Source: a virus
Taxonomy: Duplodnaviria; Caudoviricetes
Length of the DNA: 64,000 nt
IMG/VR virus record: IMGVR_UViG_3300042389_000329
Location: 575-64,574 of that record
Reading direction: 5' to 3' (one strand)
Of the stretch, positions 9,942-23,500 are shown in pieces. The notes beneath the pieces are model-generated. The model ran no database searches, was not told the origin of the DNA, and was given only the letters and a program-made list of their open reading frames with translations. A program made the position numbers and the translations under genes. How positions within the stretch are numbered: position 1 is the stretch's first letter; the number at the start of each line of letters is the position of its first letter.

Positions 9942-11519
9942 TTAGAATGCTACCCCTCCTTCACAGGGGCTTTTATATTCGGTTCTTTCTAATAATTCAG
10001 GCTCCTCTTCAATGGTTTCCTCAAAAGCATTTAGATCATTCTTCTCATAGTTAATGTGTCTAAATCCTTCGTAGTTAAAGTTGAAGGCATCCTGGGACTT
10101 TACAAAGGCTGTGAAGGCTTTCCAATCGATAAAGTCCTTATCTCTTCCCATCTTAAGCTTTGCAATCATTATCTCTTTCCAGAGCTTAAAGTAGTTTTCA
10201 TGTTCATCCTGACCTGGTTGCAACCTTATGAAGAAGTCTATTACATACCCTGTATCTGGAATAAGGTCGCCTGCTTTGTGAGATACAAGAATGGTTTTCT
10301 TCTTCTTAACAGGTCTACCGTCCTCTTTTACATAATAGGATACTTCCTTTTCATGTGTACCATTTTCTAGATAGAAGTCTCCATCTATTACTGCTTGAGC
10401 AGTGAGAGATTCACGGTTACCATCCCTGTCATAGAAACTGTTAATGAGTCTCATGGATGGATACTTTTGTTTAAACTTCTTATACCATCCAAACTGAGGA
10501 ATAAACTCTTTTGCCATCTCTGCAGAGGCAGCTAAATCAGGACCTACAGCATTCTCAATCTTCTTATAAACGTTTATATTGTCCCCAATAAAGTTGATAT
10601 CATAAGGAACCACCCAGTCTATATCATGAAGGGTTTCGTCTGCAGTTCTATAAATTGGACCAGCTTTACGTAGGGCTAGGCTACCTGTCAAGATTAAACC
10701 ATTATTCTGTCCAAACTCCACAATGTCTTTAGCAAAAGGATCAGAGTCAATGGTGTTCTCATAATACTTCTGTATCTGTCCTTCTGACAACTCGTATTTA
10801 AAATACTCGTAGTTTCTGTTCAGGATTTCATCAGCAATAGAGAGCCCCAAGTCGTTTAGCTTTTCAGCTCTCTTCTTATTTTTATTTGAGAAGCTAGACA
10901 GCAGTTCTTCTATAAAGGCAACAAACTTCTCCCACAGATTCATGTTATCTTTGAAGTCTTTACCTACCCACTTAGTGTCCATTTCCTTTCTGAACTGAGT
11001 TGGGTTGATATAGTATTTCTCGATGTTCTCTTTTAGGAAGTCTAGGATGACAAGGTCTCGTATCTTGTTCTTCCACTTTTTAGCATCTCTGATGTACCCT
11101 ACTCTATCTTTAATAACATCTCTGTGGTGAGCAAATCTTTCATCAAACTTCTCCCAATTGTATATGAAGTATCTGAGGTTGGACTTAATCTTATTGTTTT
11201 GTTTACCAAGCATTTGGTAAGCAAAGTAGGCTACCTCAGGGGTGATGATGTGACCCTTTTCATATGCAATTGCCTTAGCCACCAAGTCAGATGCAGTGTA
11301 AGCATCTATACCTATTTCTTCTTTTAGATCGTTATACTCTGTGGCCGTGATTCCAAAATCCTTTAGAAAGCCATCAACCAGTTGGTCGTTGAGGGACTTC
11401 ATGAATCTATCAGGAACATTACCAGCATACTTATCCCATAGGTAATAGGCAATCTTTTCACCCTGTGCTTCCACAAGGTTTTTCCAAGACTGTAAATTCT
11501 TATTTGGACAAGTTGGCAT
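9942..11519 (-). CDS. Cargo-locus protein with Pol-beta superfamily nucleotidyltransferase domain (525 aa)
   Basis: LILTGSLAL...HDIDWVV signature (hGS..DxD), third Asp in VIDFF, and C-terminal AKLKMGRDKDFID. Confidence 0.7.
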   Translation of the reverse strand: MPTCPNKNLQSWKNLVEAQGEKIAYYLWDKYAGNVPDRFMKSLNDQLVDGFLKDFGITATEYNDLKEEIGIDAYTASDLVAKAIAYEKGHIITPEVAYFAYQMLGKQNNKIKSNLRYFIYNWEKFDERFAHHRDVIKDRVGYIRDAKKWKNKIRDLVILDFLKENIEKYYINPTQFRKEMDTKWVGKDFKDNMNLWEKFVAFIEELLSSFSNKNKKRAEKLNDLGLSIADEILNRNYEYFKYELSEGQIQKYYENTIDSDPFAKDIVEFGQNNGLILTGSLALRKAGPIYRTADETLHDIDWVVPYDINFIGDNINVYKKIENAVGPDLAASAEMAKEFIPQFGWYKKFKQKYPSMRLINSFYDRDGNRESLTAQAVIDGDFYLENGTHEKEVSYYVKEDGRPVKKKKTILVSHKAGDLIPDTGYVIDFFIRLQPGQDEHENYFKLWKEIMIAKLKMGRDKDFIDWKAFTAFVKSQDAFNFNYEGFRHINYEKNDLNAFEETIEEEPELLERTEYKSPCEGGVAF

Positions 11520-11522
11520 ATC

Positions 11523-14500
11523 TTAACAAAGTTTAGTTAGTATTTCTCCAATTTGAGCTCGCGTATATCCAAGTCTTTCCAGGAAGTCTGCTGTAATCTG
11601 ATCCTTCAGATAGTAGTTACCATCCTTGAGTTGAACAGTGAGCTCATCTATTTCCATGGTGGGGAAGTCTTGTACAATTCTTTCCTTGAAGCTTTCTAAG
11701 GCTGGGCTGTTTACAAAGTAGGGAATAATCTTTTCAGGAGCTACCTCTTTCACTTTGATGAACCCATTATCTATCTTTGACTTTCTAGCGTTAGCATAGA
11801 ATTCGTTAGCTCTGAAACTATCTCCCCACGCGTTAATTGCTTGATAGACAAAGTTTTCATACACCTTACCTTTAGATTCTGTGGGATGAATGAGAGGATT
11901 ACCATAAGCATCTCTCACCTTCTTAAACAGACCCTTGTTCATAAAGGAGAAGTCACCTCTTCTCTTCATAGCCCTTCTATCAGCTAAGGGTATACTCTCA
12001 TCTTCCCAAGAGTACACTATAAAATCAGATGTCCCTTCTCTACTTAATACAGGCATTGTCATCACTTGAGGAATCTGACCAGTTTTCACTGCTCTTGATA
12101 CATCCTTGGGAAGGAAGTTAATGTTAGTGTTGTAGAACCAATTGCCATCTTTTGACTGGAAAAGCTTTGCCTTTGAATGGGGGATGATGTCATCATTGTT
12201 CCAATTGTTTCTCTCAAACACGTTGAGTTTGTAAAACAGGTCTAAGTTAGGAACATTTTCTAGATTAGACAACACTGGGTTGTAGATTCTTTTGAAATCA
12301 TCATATGGCAACAGTGATGTGAAGCTGATTGGAGAGTTAGATAGTCCACTCTGTAACACTGCTACAGTGACAATTTTATTAAACAGCTCCTCATTACCTA
12401 TTCCTGCCAGGTGACTCTTAAGTTTCTTGAAGTCATAGATGATTTGATTCTGATCATAAAGCTTACCATCCCTACCCTTCATCTTAAGGTTGTCCACACC
12501 GTTCACTCTATCAGATAACACAGGCTGCAATGCTTTGATAACCAGATTGTTATACAAAGGATGGTTTTCATCTGCCTTAATTTTTTGCAGAAAGTCATCT
12601 ATCTGCCTAACGTAGTTATCATCTGCTAACAGTGCTTTTTCAATATAGGTGTTCAGGCGAACGTTAGACTTTGTTGTAAAGTCATTCTGTACTGCCCAGT
12701 CAAACAAGTCAGCCACCACCTTTTGTGCCACCTTTACAAATTCCCTGTCAGATAGATTCACGTAGGGCAGCAGCACCTTTTGAACAATGTTTCTCACCTT
12801 TGGCTTGTCAGACATGAACACCTCAGCATACGCATTCCTCAATCTTCCTATGTTGATTCTCAATCTCTTAAGGAAGGAGTTATCAAGAACCTTATCTACT
12901 GAAGAAATGATAGTTTCCCTAGCATTGATAAGTTGCATTTCCTTCTTAAACACCAACAATGGATCATTGAAGTTGGAGGTGTCATAGTTTGTACCCTGTG
13001 TAACACGGAACAGGTGTTCGCCCATCTTAGCATATTTCAGGAACTCATCTAAAATGAAGTGCTGTTCTGCTCTTTCATTTGCATCAAACTCCTGTTTACC
13101 AAGGTTTTCTTCTAGCTTGCTTTCAATAGGAATAGCAGTTACGCGTTCAGCTTTATTCTCATCCACCTTATACTTGCTGCTATTCTTCACTTGGTTCACG
13201 AACTTACCATTGAACACCCATGTATAGCCTTCATTTTCAAGGGTTCGTAGATAGTCACGGATGATTGGTTGGTTCATGAAGAACACAACAGAGTCAATAG
13301 GCACCCCTATCTTAGTTAAGAATAGGTAGGTGCTAGCCACATTTGGAGTGGCTCCCATTTGCATAATCCACGGACCCTTGGCAATATCCACATATCCGTC
13401 AATAAACTGACCTATAATATCGGAGATGAACTGACCAGCCTTGTTCTTAATCATGGAAAGGGTAACCACTTCTCTATCACCAATCTTGACAGTGTTAAAG
13501 TTGTTTGTACCATCCTCCTTAAAGAACTTAATCTTGCCATCCTTTAGCCAGCTCCTATCAGTCAAACTAACTGCTTCCAGCTTTTCATCATCTATGAAGA
13601 CATTAGAACGTTGATTCAAAGAGTGGTTAGTCTGGTTAACAGCAGCAATACCAATTGCATATTTACCTGTTACGAATGCATGTCTAAGGTTTGACATGAA
13701 CACTCTATCCAGCATATTATCCACTTGTGTATAGTCAAACTTGGTTAGGCCCAGCTTATCTACAATCTTCTTAGATAAATCCTTTAACTGATCAGCAGAG
13801 TTGGGTTTTACCAGACTCTCAAAGTTCAGCTCGTTTGTTACTAGCTTCTCTAGGGAGTCAATGTAAGCGTTCTCTAATAGCTTCTTATAACTAAATCTGC
13901 TATACTTTTTGTTTAGCTCATAAGGGTCCATACCCTTAGCTTCCAACAGAAACTCGTCAATTGAAGGAACATATTTCAGTTTCAGATCATTAACCAAGCT
14001 TTCTGTAAGGTCTTCTACGCCTAGAACAGACTCTAACAAATCCTGAGCAGCAGTTTCAATAGCTGCTTCTTTTTCGATTTCCTTCATCTTCTTGTATCTG
14101 CCAAGAAGATTATTCTCATAGAAATCTCTAAGTTGACTCTCGCTGTTTGTATTGATAAGCTCTAGCTTCATCAATTTTGGAACCTGATTTCTATCTATGT
14201 AGATGTTTTTCAGGTACATAGAGAGCTTATCTATATCAAAGTCAGATCCCACTTTCTTAACCAGAGCTGAGGGTACAAAAACGTTATCCCCAAACTCCTG
14301 TGGTAGGAAGTCTTTAATTACAAAAACATCGATTGAATTCTGTTTCTGAGTGGGAATACGATAGGCAATACCTCTAAGTATCTCCTGTCCCTCTTTAGTT
14401 TGGTTCAGTGCTTTCAGAAGCTCCTTGTCAGACAAGTCGCTTTTGAACCATCTAGCTACGTATAGCTCACATACACGTTCACCTTTTTCATTTACGTAGA

Positions 14501-17500
14501 ACTTCAATTCATCAGATGCGTAAACGGTTTTATCTCCAACCTGTTTAGCTTCAGCACGTTTAGATTCAAGGAGTGTAACAGGGAGCTGTACCTTTTGGCC
14601 ACCACTGATTTTCTGAGAGATAACATTCTTGTCAGCAATTGAATAGAGAATGTTTCTAATTAACTGATAGGCAGGAGTGGCTTCAAGAACAACCTCCTTA
14701 GACTTTAGTCCTCTGAGTGCACTCAGTACATTGTCATTAACCTCTCTGTTAAGTACTTCTCTTTCAAGCACTTCTACAGTTTTATCAATGTTGTCTAGTG
14801 TATAAGAATATGCACCGTTAGAGAAGGTTTCCTTAATACCAAACTTATCAAGAAGCTGTTCATATCCCTCCTCAATTAGTCTTATCAGAAGATCTTCGTT
14901 TCTCTTAATCTCTTTGTATAGATTGTTGCCACCATTATAAGACTCTTTGTCTTCTAAAGCCACCCAGTTATTATAACGTGTCTCAAAGTCTTCATCTGGT
15001 TGAAAGTCAACAGGCATTCCAGCTTCCATCATATCAAGCGTTACTAGCTTTGTTACCTGGCTACCCCTAGTCACTATCTCATCTTCTTTAGAAGGCACCT
15101 CAGCTTGTACACTCATGATGGCAAATGGAACATTCAATACACCTTGTTCTAGCGACGGGTTATCTATCTCCTGCTGTGTCTCAAAGGGTACACTATTAAA
15201 GTTACCATTGCTGTCATAGATATCAAATACCTTTTCAGCCCCCACCTTTCTACCGCTCTCAAACACAGCATAGTCTACATCTTCTTTCTGCATTTTGTTA
15301 TAAAGCTTGACAGCATTGGAGTTAGGTTTAAACTCCTTCATCATGCGATAGGACAGGGGATAGAGGGCAAACTTATCCAGTAGTACGTCATTGAACGATC
15401 TACCGTTTCCTTTATTTCCAGCTACAATAGGCTTTAGTGTAGTGTAGGCACTCTTGACACGAGGGTTTCCTTTCTCTAAAATCTTCACCTCATTTGCACT
15501 GAGCTTAAGTTTCTTATCTCTCTTCTCCCAAGCTATGTCATATCTGTATTGGCTTTCCTCTCTCTTGTTCCAGTTGTTTGAACGAATCCTGAAGTTACGA
15601 TAGGCCTTGAACATAATAATTCCACCACCATCTGCTTCTTCATAAGGATCATCATATAAAGGTAACTCATTAGTAGAGAACACTTTACCAAGAGTGATTG
15701 ACCTAAAGAAGTCTTGACCAAAGTCAGTTCTTCCAATATCATCAACATCATATCCTTTATTGTAAACATCATTTAGTATGGAGTTTATTTTCTTAGATCC
15801 ATACATAATAGCTTGACGTGGGGACAGGAAGTTCTTAATACGCTTAAGTTCATCTGCATATTGATAAGGATCAGAGTATAGAATCTTGTGAAGCTCTATG
15901 TTATTAATCATGTAATTAATAGTCAGAGCATCCAGTCTTCTTTTTAACATCTCATCCTTTGTAGGTCTGTCTGTTGGGAAGTCTAGATTGTCTAATATCC
16001 ATCCCTCAGATGTAGCCTCAATAATGTTGTAAGTAGATAGAGTTTCCTTAAGCTTCTCAGATTGTTTGTTAATAAAGCTGTCAAGAGCTTCAACTATTTG
16101 ATTCTCATACTTTTTGTAAAGCTGGTCAGAAGTTAATTGACTGTTTTCTTTATTAAGCGTTTTGTTTTTTGTTTGGCTTGTTATTTCATCGTGCAGTTCT
16201 TTTCCTAATATAGGCTTAAAGAAACGAAGATCCTTTTTGTTTCTTCCTTTAACATCAGCAATGTGACGGTCTTTTTCTCTGGACAGATCTACTTCAGATG
16301 TAAAGTATCCTTCAAAAATACTGTGCACTCTGCTTCTTCCATACAACAACATGTCTTCAGTGATGGCATTACCCATCTTCATCATGTGCTCCAAAGAGGC
16401 ATCTCCAGGAACCAGGTTTAGGTAGTAGCCTGCAAGGTTCATGTTAATCTCTTGGATGAAACGTTCTCTATAGTTAAGTCTGGAAGACTCTTTACTTTTA
16501 CCTCTAGAGGTGTCAATTGTACTATCTGCTATAGACACCTTCATATACTCCTGAGCATCAGCCTTTCGTTTACCTGTGTTCAGGTCAAACATCCTATTGA
16601 TAATCACAGAGTTCTGAGCAAATGAGTCTGTGATTAAGTATGCATATTGAGGATATTTTTTAGGTATATCGTAAAAATTGTCCACTTGTGTCAGGGCATC
16701 ATACAGATCACTGGCAGCATTAGTTCCAATGTAGGTTTGTTTTCTTTCTCCAGAGCCACCAATATATGTGCTGTCAAACTCTGGGTTCTCAATAGCAGAC
16801 TTGATTTCTCCAAGCTCCATTAGACGACCATCAATATTTAAGGTTTTACTATTAATAGATGAAACCCTGTCAGCTTTCTTTAAACTGGTTTTCAAGCCAC
16901 CAACAGCATCTCTAAAGATTTCTTGTTTCTCTTTAGATAACTTTTTGATATCAGCCAGTTTAAACTTAATCCCCAGTGATCTCAGGAACTTTACCCTATC
17001 CTCCATGTTGTTCAGTTCCACTCTGTTGATAGCACCCTTGGTAGCAATGTAAGCTTGCTTTGCCTTATCTTCTTTGAAGTAGGGATTCTTTCCTCTAAGC
17101 ACCTTTACCATATCATTCAAGAGCTCCTGCTTAGCTTGTCTAGCAGCTGTAGCAAGATTAGCATCTCCTATCTGAACCTCTCCATTATCACGGATGTAAT
17201 GGTTCTTTACGTCAGGATTTTGTTTCTTAAAGGTGGTCCACAGAGCTGTTAACAAGTCTGCATCATGTGTCTCTTTAAGATTGGACAAATCAATACCAGG
17301 AGTGGTAAAGTTCCTTCTTGTAAGGCGTGTATATATTGTACGATAATTAGGATCACCTTTTGCCATCTGCTTGATTCTGTTCAACATGTCTTCAATGTTG
17401 GCAGAATCATGGGTTTGGTTCATGATTTTAATGAACACTTCAATGGTAGGCAGTAACGTATGTCCTCCAATAGAAGAGGGAATATACTCCGTACTAAGTG

Positions 17501-20500
17501 TGGATCTGCCATTAGGAGATACAGTTTGCTTTTCTTTCACCAAAGGAACAGTGGAAAGGATGAGCTTTATTGCAGCGTTAGCTTTCTTAAAATGGTCAAT
17601 TTTATCTGCTGAATCATATTCTCCTTTTCCAGTATTTTCATCTGCTGTAAGATTAATGACGTCATTTTCATCAAACTCAATAGAATACTTTCTGAGATAT
17701 TCCTCATGTTTATTAACCAGCTGACTCCAAGTGACATCATTCATAATGGACTTTCTCATACTGAGAGACTTAGCCATTTCTCTCTTAGCCTGATTGAGCT
17801 CACCTTTTGTTGTATACTTACCAAGGGTGATGTTGTCCAGATTAGCTTTATAAAGCTTTGTAACTGTGCGTCTTATCTGTACCCTCAACTCTTCATAAAG
17901 CTCTTGTCTGTCCAGGTTTGGAACCTCAAATAGACTCTTGTTTGTTTTAATGAGCTTTCCAAGAGTTTGGTAGGTCATTTCCTGCATGATGTCATTCACC
18001 TCTTGACCTGTAAAATTAGCTATGTCAAGCGCTGCACCATCATCCACCATAGCCTCTTCAATATCAATTATTCCCATCTTGGCATAAGAGAGGGAAGTGT
18101 GATAGGGTGAGTAGGTGTTATAGTAGCCTGTATTAATCTTTTCAAACAGATTAGCAGTGTTCACTGCTGCTTTCTCTCCTGTAAAAAACTCCTTAATAAA
18201 GTTAACAAGATCAGCAAAAAGTCTTTGTATAAAGTTTTTACCTTGTGTAGGTCTGGCAGGAATTTTACCTTTCTGTACATAATCCCTGAACTCTTCAGCC
18301 AATGCTTCTTCTAATTGTCTTTCAGTGGCTGTAGCGTAGGAAACATCTTCTCCAAGTTTTCTGTCATAGAAGGTGCCCTTTCTAGATCTAAGTTCATTTA
18401 TAATAGCCTGACGCTCCTCAGGATCAGAAAACATCCTCCAGACAGCATGGAACACTTCATGGTACACTGTGCCCACCTCAGCATTTCCATAGATGTATAT
18501 TGCACCATCTTTGAACATACCCCAGGCTTGAACACCGTTAGTAGACTGTAAAACATTCTTAACACGATATACAGGAATGTTAGAGAAATACTTAGAAAGC
18601 CATGCTTCAGCTTTCTTCCAGTTCTCTCCTTCAAACTTTTTCACCTGCTCCTCAATGATTAAACGGAAAGGAACATCATCATCCATGCTATCAATGTCAT
18701 CTTTCAAATCATCATCATCTTCTATATTGAAGTCTCCAAAAGTGTCGTCACCATTTTCCTCTTCTGTTTCCTCTTCTATTTCTATTTCTTCTTCTTCCTC
18801 TTCCTCTTTCTTTGCTTTTGGTTTAACACCAAAGAGTGAGCTAGCTACATCTTCACTCATTTCATCTGTATCATCTTCTATAACAGTCTCTGTATCAGAG
18901 CTAATGTCTTTCTTAGCAACGAGTTCTCCTTTAATAGCGTTAAAGATGTTACCTCTAAATTGAGCCAGAGTTTCCTCTTTGGTCATCCCTTTACTAATCA
19001 ACTCCTCTTGAATAGTTTGAGCATCACCCACTCCAAAAGCTGTCTTAATACCATTCTTTACATCCTTCTTAAGGATGAGCTCTCTGTTAGCAACAAAGTA
19101 GATTTTTCTACCCTTGGGATACTTTTCACTAGGAGCAGTGGTAAAGATGTTAAGTGTTTCTCCATCTAGGATAAATTTACCAGGAGGAGCCACTCTATAT
19201 TGTTTCTCTTTTTTCTCTCCTTTTTCTTCCTTCTCTCCAAGTTTACCAGGCTTTATTTTCTTTTTCTTGGTAGTGGAAGTTTTCTCATACTTGAACTTAT
19301 CCTGACCATGGTCTACAATAAAGTAGATGCCCTTTCTATTTACATCATCAGTGTCCCTAAGGGGTCTCATTTGAGTGTACAGGGGAAGTTCCTTGGAGTT
19401 TCTAGCTTCTCCATCCAGTTGACCAGATGCTCCAGGCAGTCTGTTGGAAAGTAGATAGGACTGGTAATTTGGCCACTCTCTAGTGGTCATCTCCCCTTGT
19501 GGGCTAATTGACAGCACCTCAGTGAATGGTTGACTCCATTTAGTGTCAACTAGTTTAGAGTTGATGTTATTGTATAACCCCTCTAACAAACTTATAATCT
19601 CATCCTTCTTAGCCCTAACTGCTGTTGGGGTGAATGGGATGTTATAATCTTTTGCACCAATGTTTAGAGTGAATCTTTTAAATGGTCCTTCTACATCTTC
19701 TTCTAAAAAGAATACACTGTTCTGACCTCTAGGCTTATTGTCTTTAGGTACACCCCAATAGACAATAGATCTTAGATAACTTAGCATACGCTGAGCATCA
19801 TCAGAGTCTATACCATCCTCATTCTCATGAACTGCTGTTACTAAACGCTCAATAGCTTGGTAAACTGTAGCAGCCTCTTGTTTAGTAAGAAGACGATTCT
19901 TTAGTTTGACATAACCGTTCTTTAGAATAAGAAACGGTTTACCTAATGGTTTAGAGAAAGACACAGAACCATTGTCCAGTGCTCCTTCAGATGTAGGAAT
20001 TTCTACAACAGCCCTATTAACTAGATCTTCGTTAGTGATAAGCCCTGCATCTTGTACAGATGTAACAGCGTCTTCTGTAGGAACAAAGTTATTCTTTTCA
20101 TCTAGCTCACCAACCACCTCAGGAATACCAAACGACGCATCAATACTGTATGTATCTGTGGATGGGTTATTTAATGTTTGTGTTCTCCACTCATCATACT
20201 GCTTGGTGAGTTCTTCCACCACTTCAGTTGGAGTGTCCTTTCTGAACATAGAGTCGTTGTTTGACCACTTAAGTTCAGCATTAGGAAATACTTGGAATAT
20301 AGCAGCGTTTAAATCTTTAGAGGCTAAGGGTTTACCATCAATACCCACTAAGCGTTTTACTGACTCATCGTCAGGATCTATCTCTACAATAACCAGTGCA
20401 ATTGTTTCCTTAGGATCGATGTCTGCAGTTTGGTCACCTTTGTCTTTTAAGAACTGTGTTAAGCCAGGAAGTATGCCACCTTCATTTTTAGAAGTGACAA

Positions 20501-23500
20501 TGATACCACGCAGATTTTCTCTGTTAGGCATCTTGTCCATGTTAGCTGCAAACCTGTTAGCTCTTACGTGATGGTCTGCTAATGGTCCTCCTGCAAACTT
20601 CTCACTAGGAGCAGTGGTTCCTGTCACTACATACAGATCAGGTTTCTTAGGATCGGGTTCATAGTCATACTCGTACATTTCTGTTTGAACCCCATCATCT
20701 GCTGTCTTTAAGAAACGCTTTATAAGTTTTTGATTACGAGCAATTTGTTCTTCTTCAGCCACTCTTTTTCTGTACTCTTCAGCAGTCTTTTCTAATGCTT
20801 GTAATGCTTCTAGTTTAGGTTCTCTTTCGCTTAGGATTTTCTCCAACCCTTCTTGAATATCCTTTATGTCAGCCTCAAGCTTCTCAGCTCTTTTGGTCAT
20901 ATCAGGAATCTTCAACTCTTCAGCAAACTCACTAATCTGGTCCTCCAGTTCCATGACAGTTTCTGTCAACCCAAGCTTCTCCTGTATATAGTTTTTAGCT
21001 CCCTGCTCACCAAGATAGGGCTCTATTCTATTCTGAAGATCTTCTAGATATAAAGGAAGATTTGGATTCTCTTCTCTTAGACGTGTAATATAATCATTGA
21101 GAAGAGACATAGCTGTTTGGATGGCACTATCTATACTCTCAAGTAGCTTGTATCCACTATCGAGGGACTCAACACTGGTTTTAATAACCTCACCAGTATC
21201 ATTAATCATAGCCTTTAAATCCTTGATAGCTTCATCAAAGGTGTCAGGTAGATTTTCTCTCTGGTCGTATAAGCTCTTTAGATAGTCTCTGGTTTGCTCA
21301 AGCTCATCTCTTTCCTCTTCTAATTTCTTGATAGCATCCTCTGTACCAATATATGTTCTTCTCAGGTTCTCTAATACTTTCCTCTGAGCTTTAGATATTT
21401 GTTTTTTGGGCTCACCCTTTTTAGTAGTGGTTATCTTCTTAATCTCTTCATCAGCTTTCTGTAAAGTGGCTTTAGCATCTTCAAGCTTTTTATCCACTTC
21501 CTCCCTAGCAGCAGTAACTTTTTGAACTGCTTCAGCCAGGATAGCATCTCTTTCAGCGTATAAAGATGAGAGTTCATCCTCTCCCACCTTTGCAGTTAAT
21601 GCTTCTTTGGCTCGGTCAGATAGCTCTTCTTCAGAATAAATCTTAGCCACCTCATACCCTTCCTTAACCACAAACATGTCTCTTGTTACATTATACTTCT
21701 TCTTACCGTCTAACGTAACAAATACAAGCTTGCCTGTCTTACCCTCATATCGTACATTTCCCTGTACAGTTTTCCCCCTACCTAATTGATAGGTGAATAC
21801 ATTACCAGCCACCTCAGTGTAAAACTTGGCATTAGGTTTGTTTTCAACAGCACTGATTTCTTCAATGTCTTGTCCATCAAAGAAATCTTTCTTCACTGTA
21901 AATATCTCACCATCTTCTTTAGGATCACGACTGCTCACCTGAAGGACCAATTTACCATCAGGACTTTCACCAAGAACAATGAAACGAGAGAACATCTCAT
22001 GCTTCACTCCCTTCTTGGTTCTTTTTACAGGTACACCGATGTAGTATTCCTTTCCTGTTTCAAATTTGATTTCTCCTTTCTGAGTGTCAACAGTTACAGC
22101 ACCTTTATCTTTGGTTCCTTCTGGAGCTTTAGCAGGTCCAGTTTTATACTTAGTTGGGTTTAACTTTATGTCGTTATACTCATCGATGAATGCTTTCTTA
22201 CGCATTGCCATCTCAGTCAAATCCTTAGCATTTGTCTTGAGATCTTCTCTCTCATCGTCAGTTAGTCCAGGCTTGGTGTTTATTTGTTCAGCTAAATCTT
22301 TAATAGCTTCTTCACTAGGTTTACCATCAGTTCCTACAGATTCTAAGATTTCACTAGTGTTTACACCTGAGAGACCAAGTGTTTGATTTACATCGCTTAT
22401 ACGTTGGTCGTAGTTAGCTATCTTAGAACCAGCATATACCATCTTGCTGATTACATCATCTGTGTATGTACGTTCTCCATTAGGTCCTACTACACCCCCA
22501 TACTTAATTTTAAGGTCACCATCTAACTTAGCAGCTACATTTGCATGTGCCTGCAGGTTATCAAGTCTCTTAATAAAAGATGGCTGAGTGTCAGTGGGTG
22601 CAGCATATCCCTCCTGTTGGAGTTTAAGAAACCCTCCATCACTTAACGCCTGGTTCCTCAGGTCATTTATTTCATAATCAACAGCTTCTTTAGCTCTATA
22701 CTTTAGACGAGTTTCAATAAAGGTGTGAGCATAGTCAAACTCTAAGTCCTTGGCTTCCAATATATCACCTCTTCTAATAGCAGCTTCTCTTTCCTCTTGG
22801 ATGATTTCAGCAGCCTTTAGATTAGAATAGGCGCTCTTCATCTTATCCTTAATCAAAGAGTTGTTTAATGCTGTAACAGCTTCATCTCTCAGTTTACCCT
22901 GTTCTCCACCAAAACCAAATATACCTCTTTCTCCAATCTTACCAGTTTTACCAAATACAGGAAGACCACCCTTAACACCTACAAAACCAGCAGATTGTAA
23001 TGCTCCTGCAAATCCACCAGTGAATACATTTAATAATCCCTCATCAGTAGTGAGAGCCTCGTTCAGACCAAATAGTATAGCATCATCTGTAATTGAGGGC
23101 TTTTCACCTTTTGCTTTTTTAGAGAAATAGTTTTGCGTACCTGTTTGAATAGCATACTGAGCACCCTCTTCAAAAGCCTCAGCAGTGTTAAATAATAAGG
23201 ATGCAGCTTTACCCGCTCCATACAGACGCTTCCCAAACCCTTTTTCTGGAAGAGTGGACACATACTTACCCTCTTTAAAAGCCACCTTATTTAAGATGTC
23301 CTTATCACTTTTGAAAGAAGAAGAAAATATTCTGGGTAGTTGGATATAGTTTGTTGCAGTGAGGAGAGCACTATTACCTAGATAGCTCCAGTTTCCTACA
23401 CTTTCTGCAAGTCTGTTAATCTCTTGTAAATCAGCAGGTGTGGGATCATACCCACGAGTTCTCTTGAAATTATCAATCATCTGCTGTCTGAAGTCTTGGG

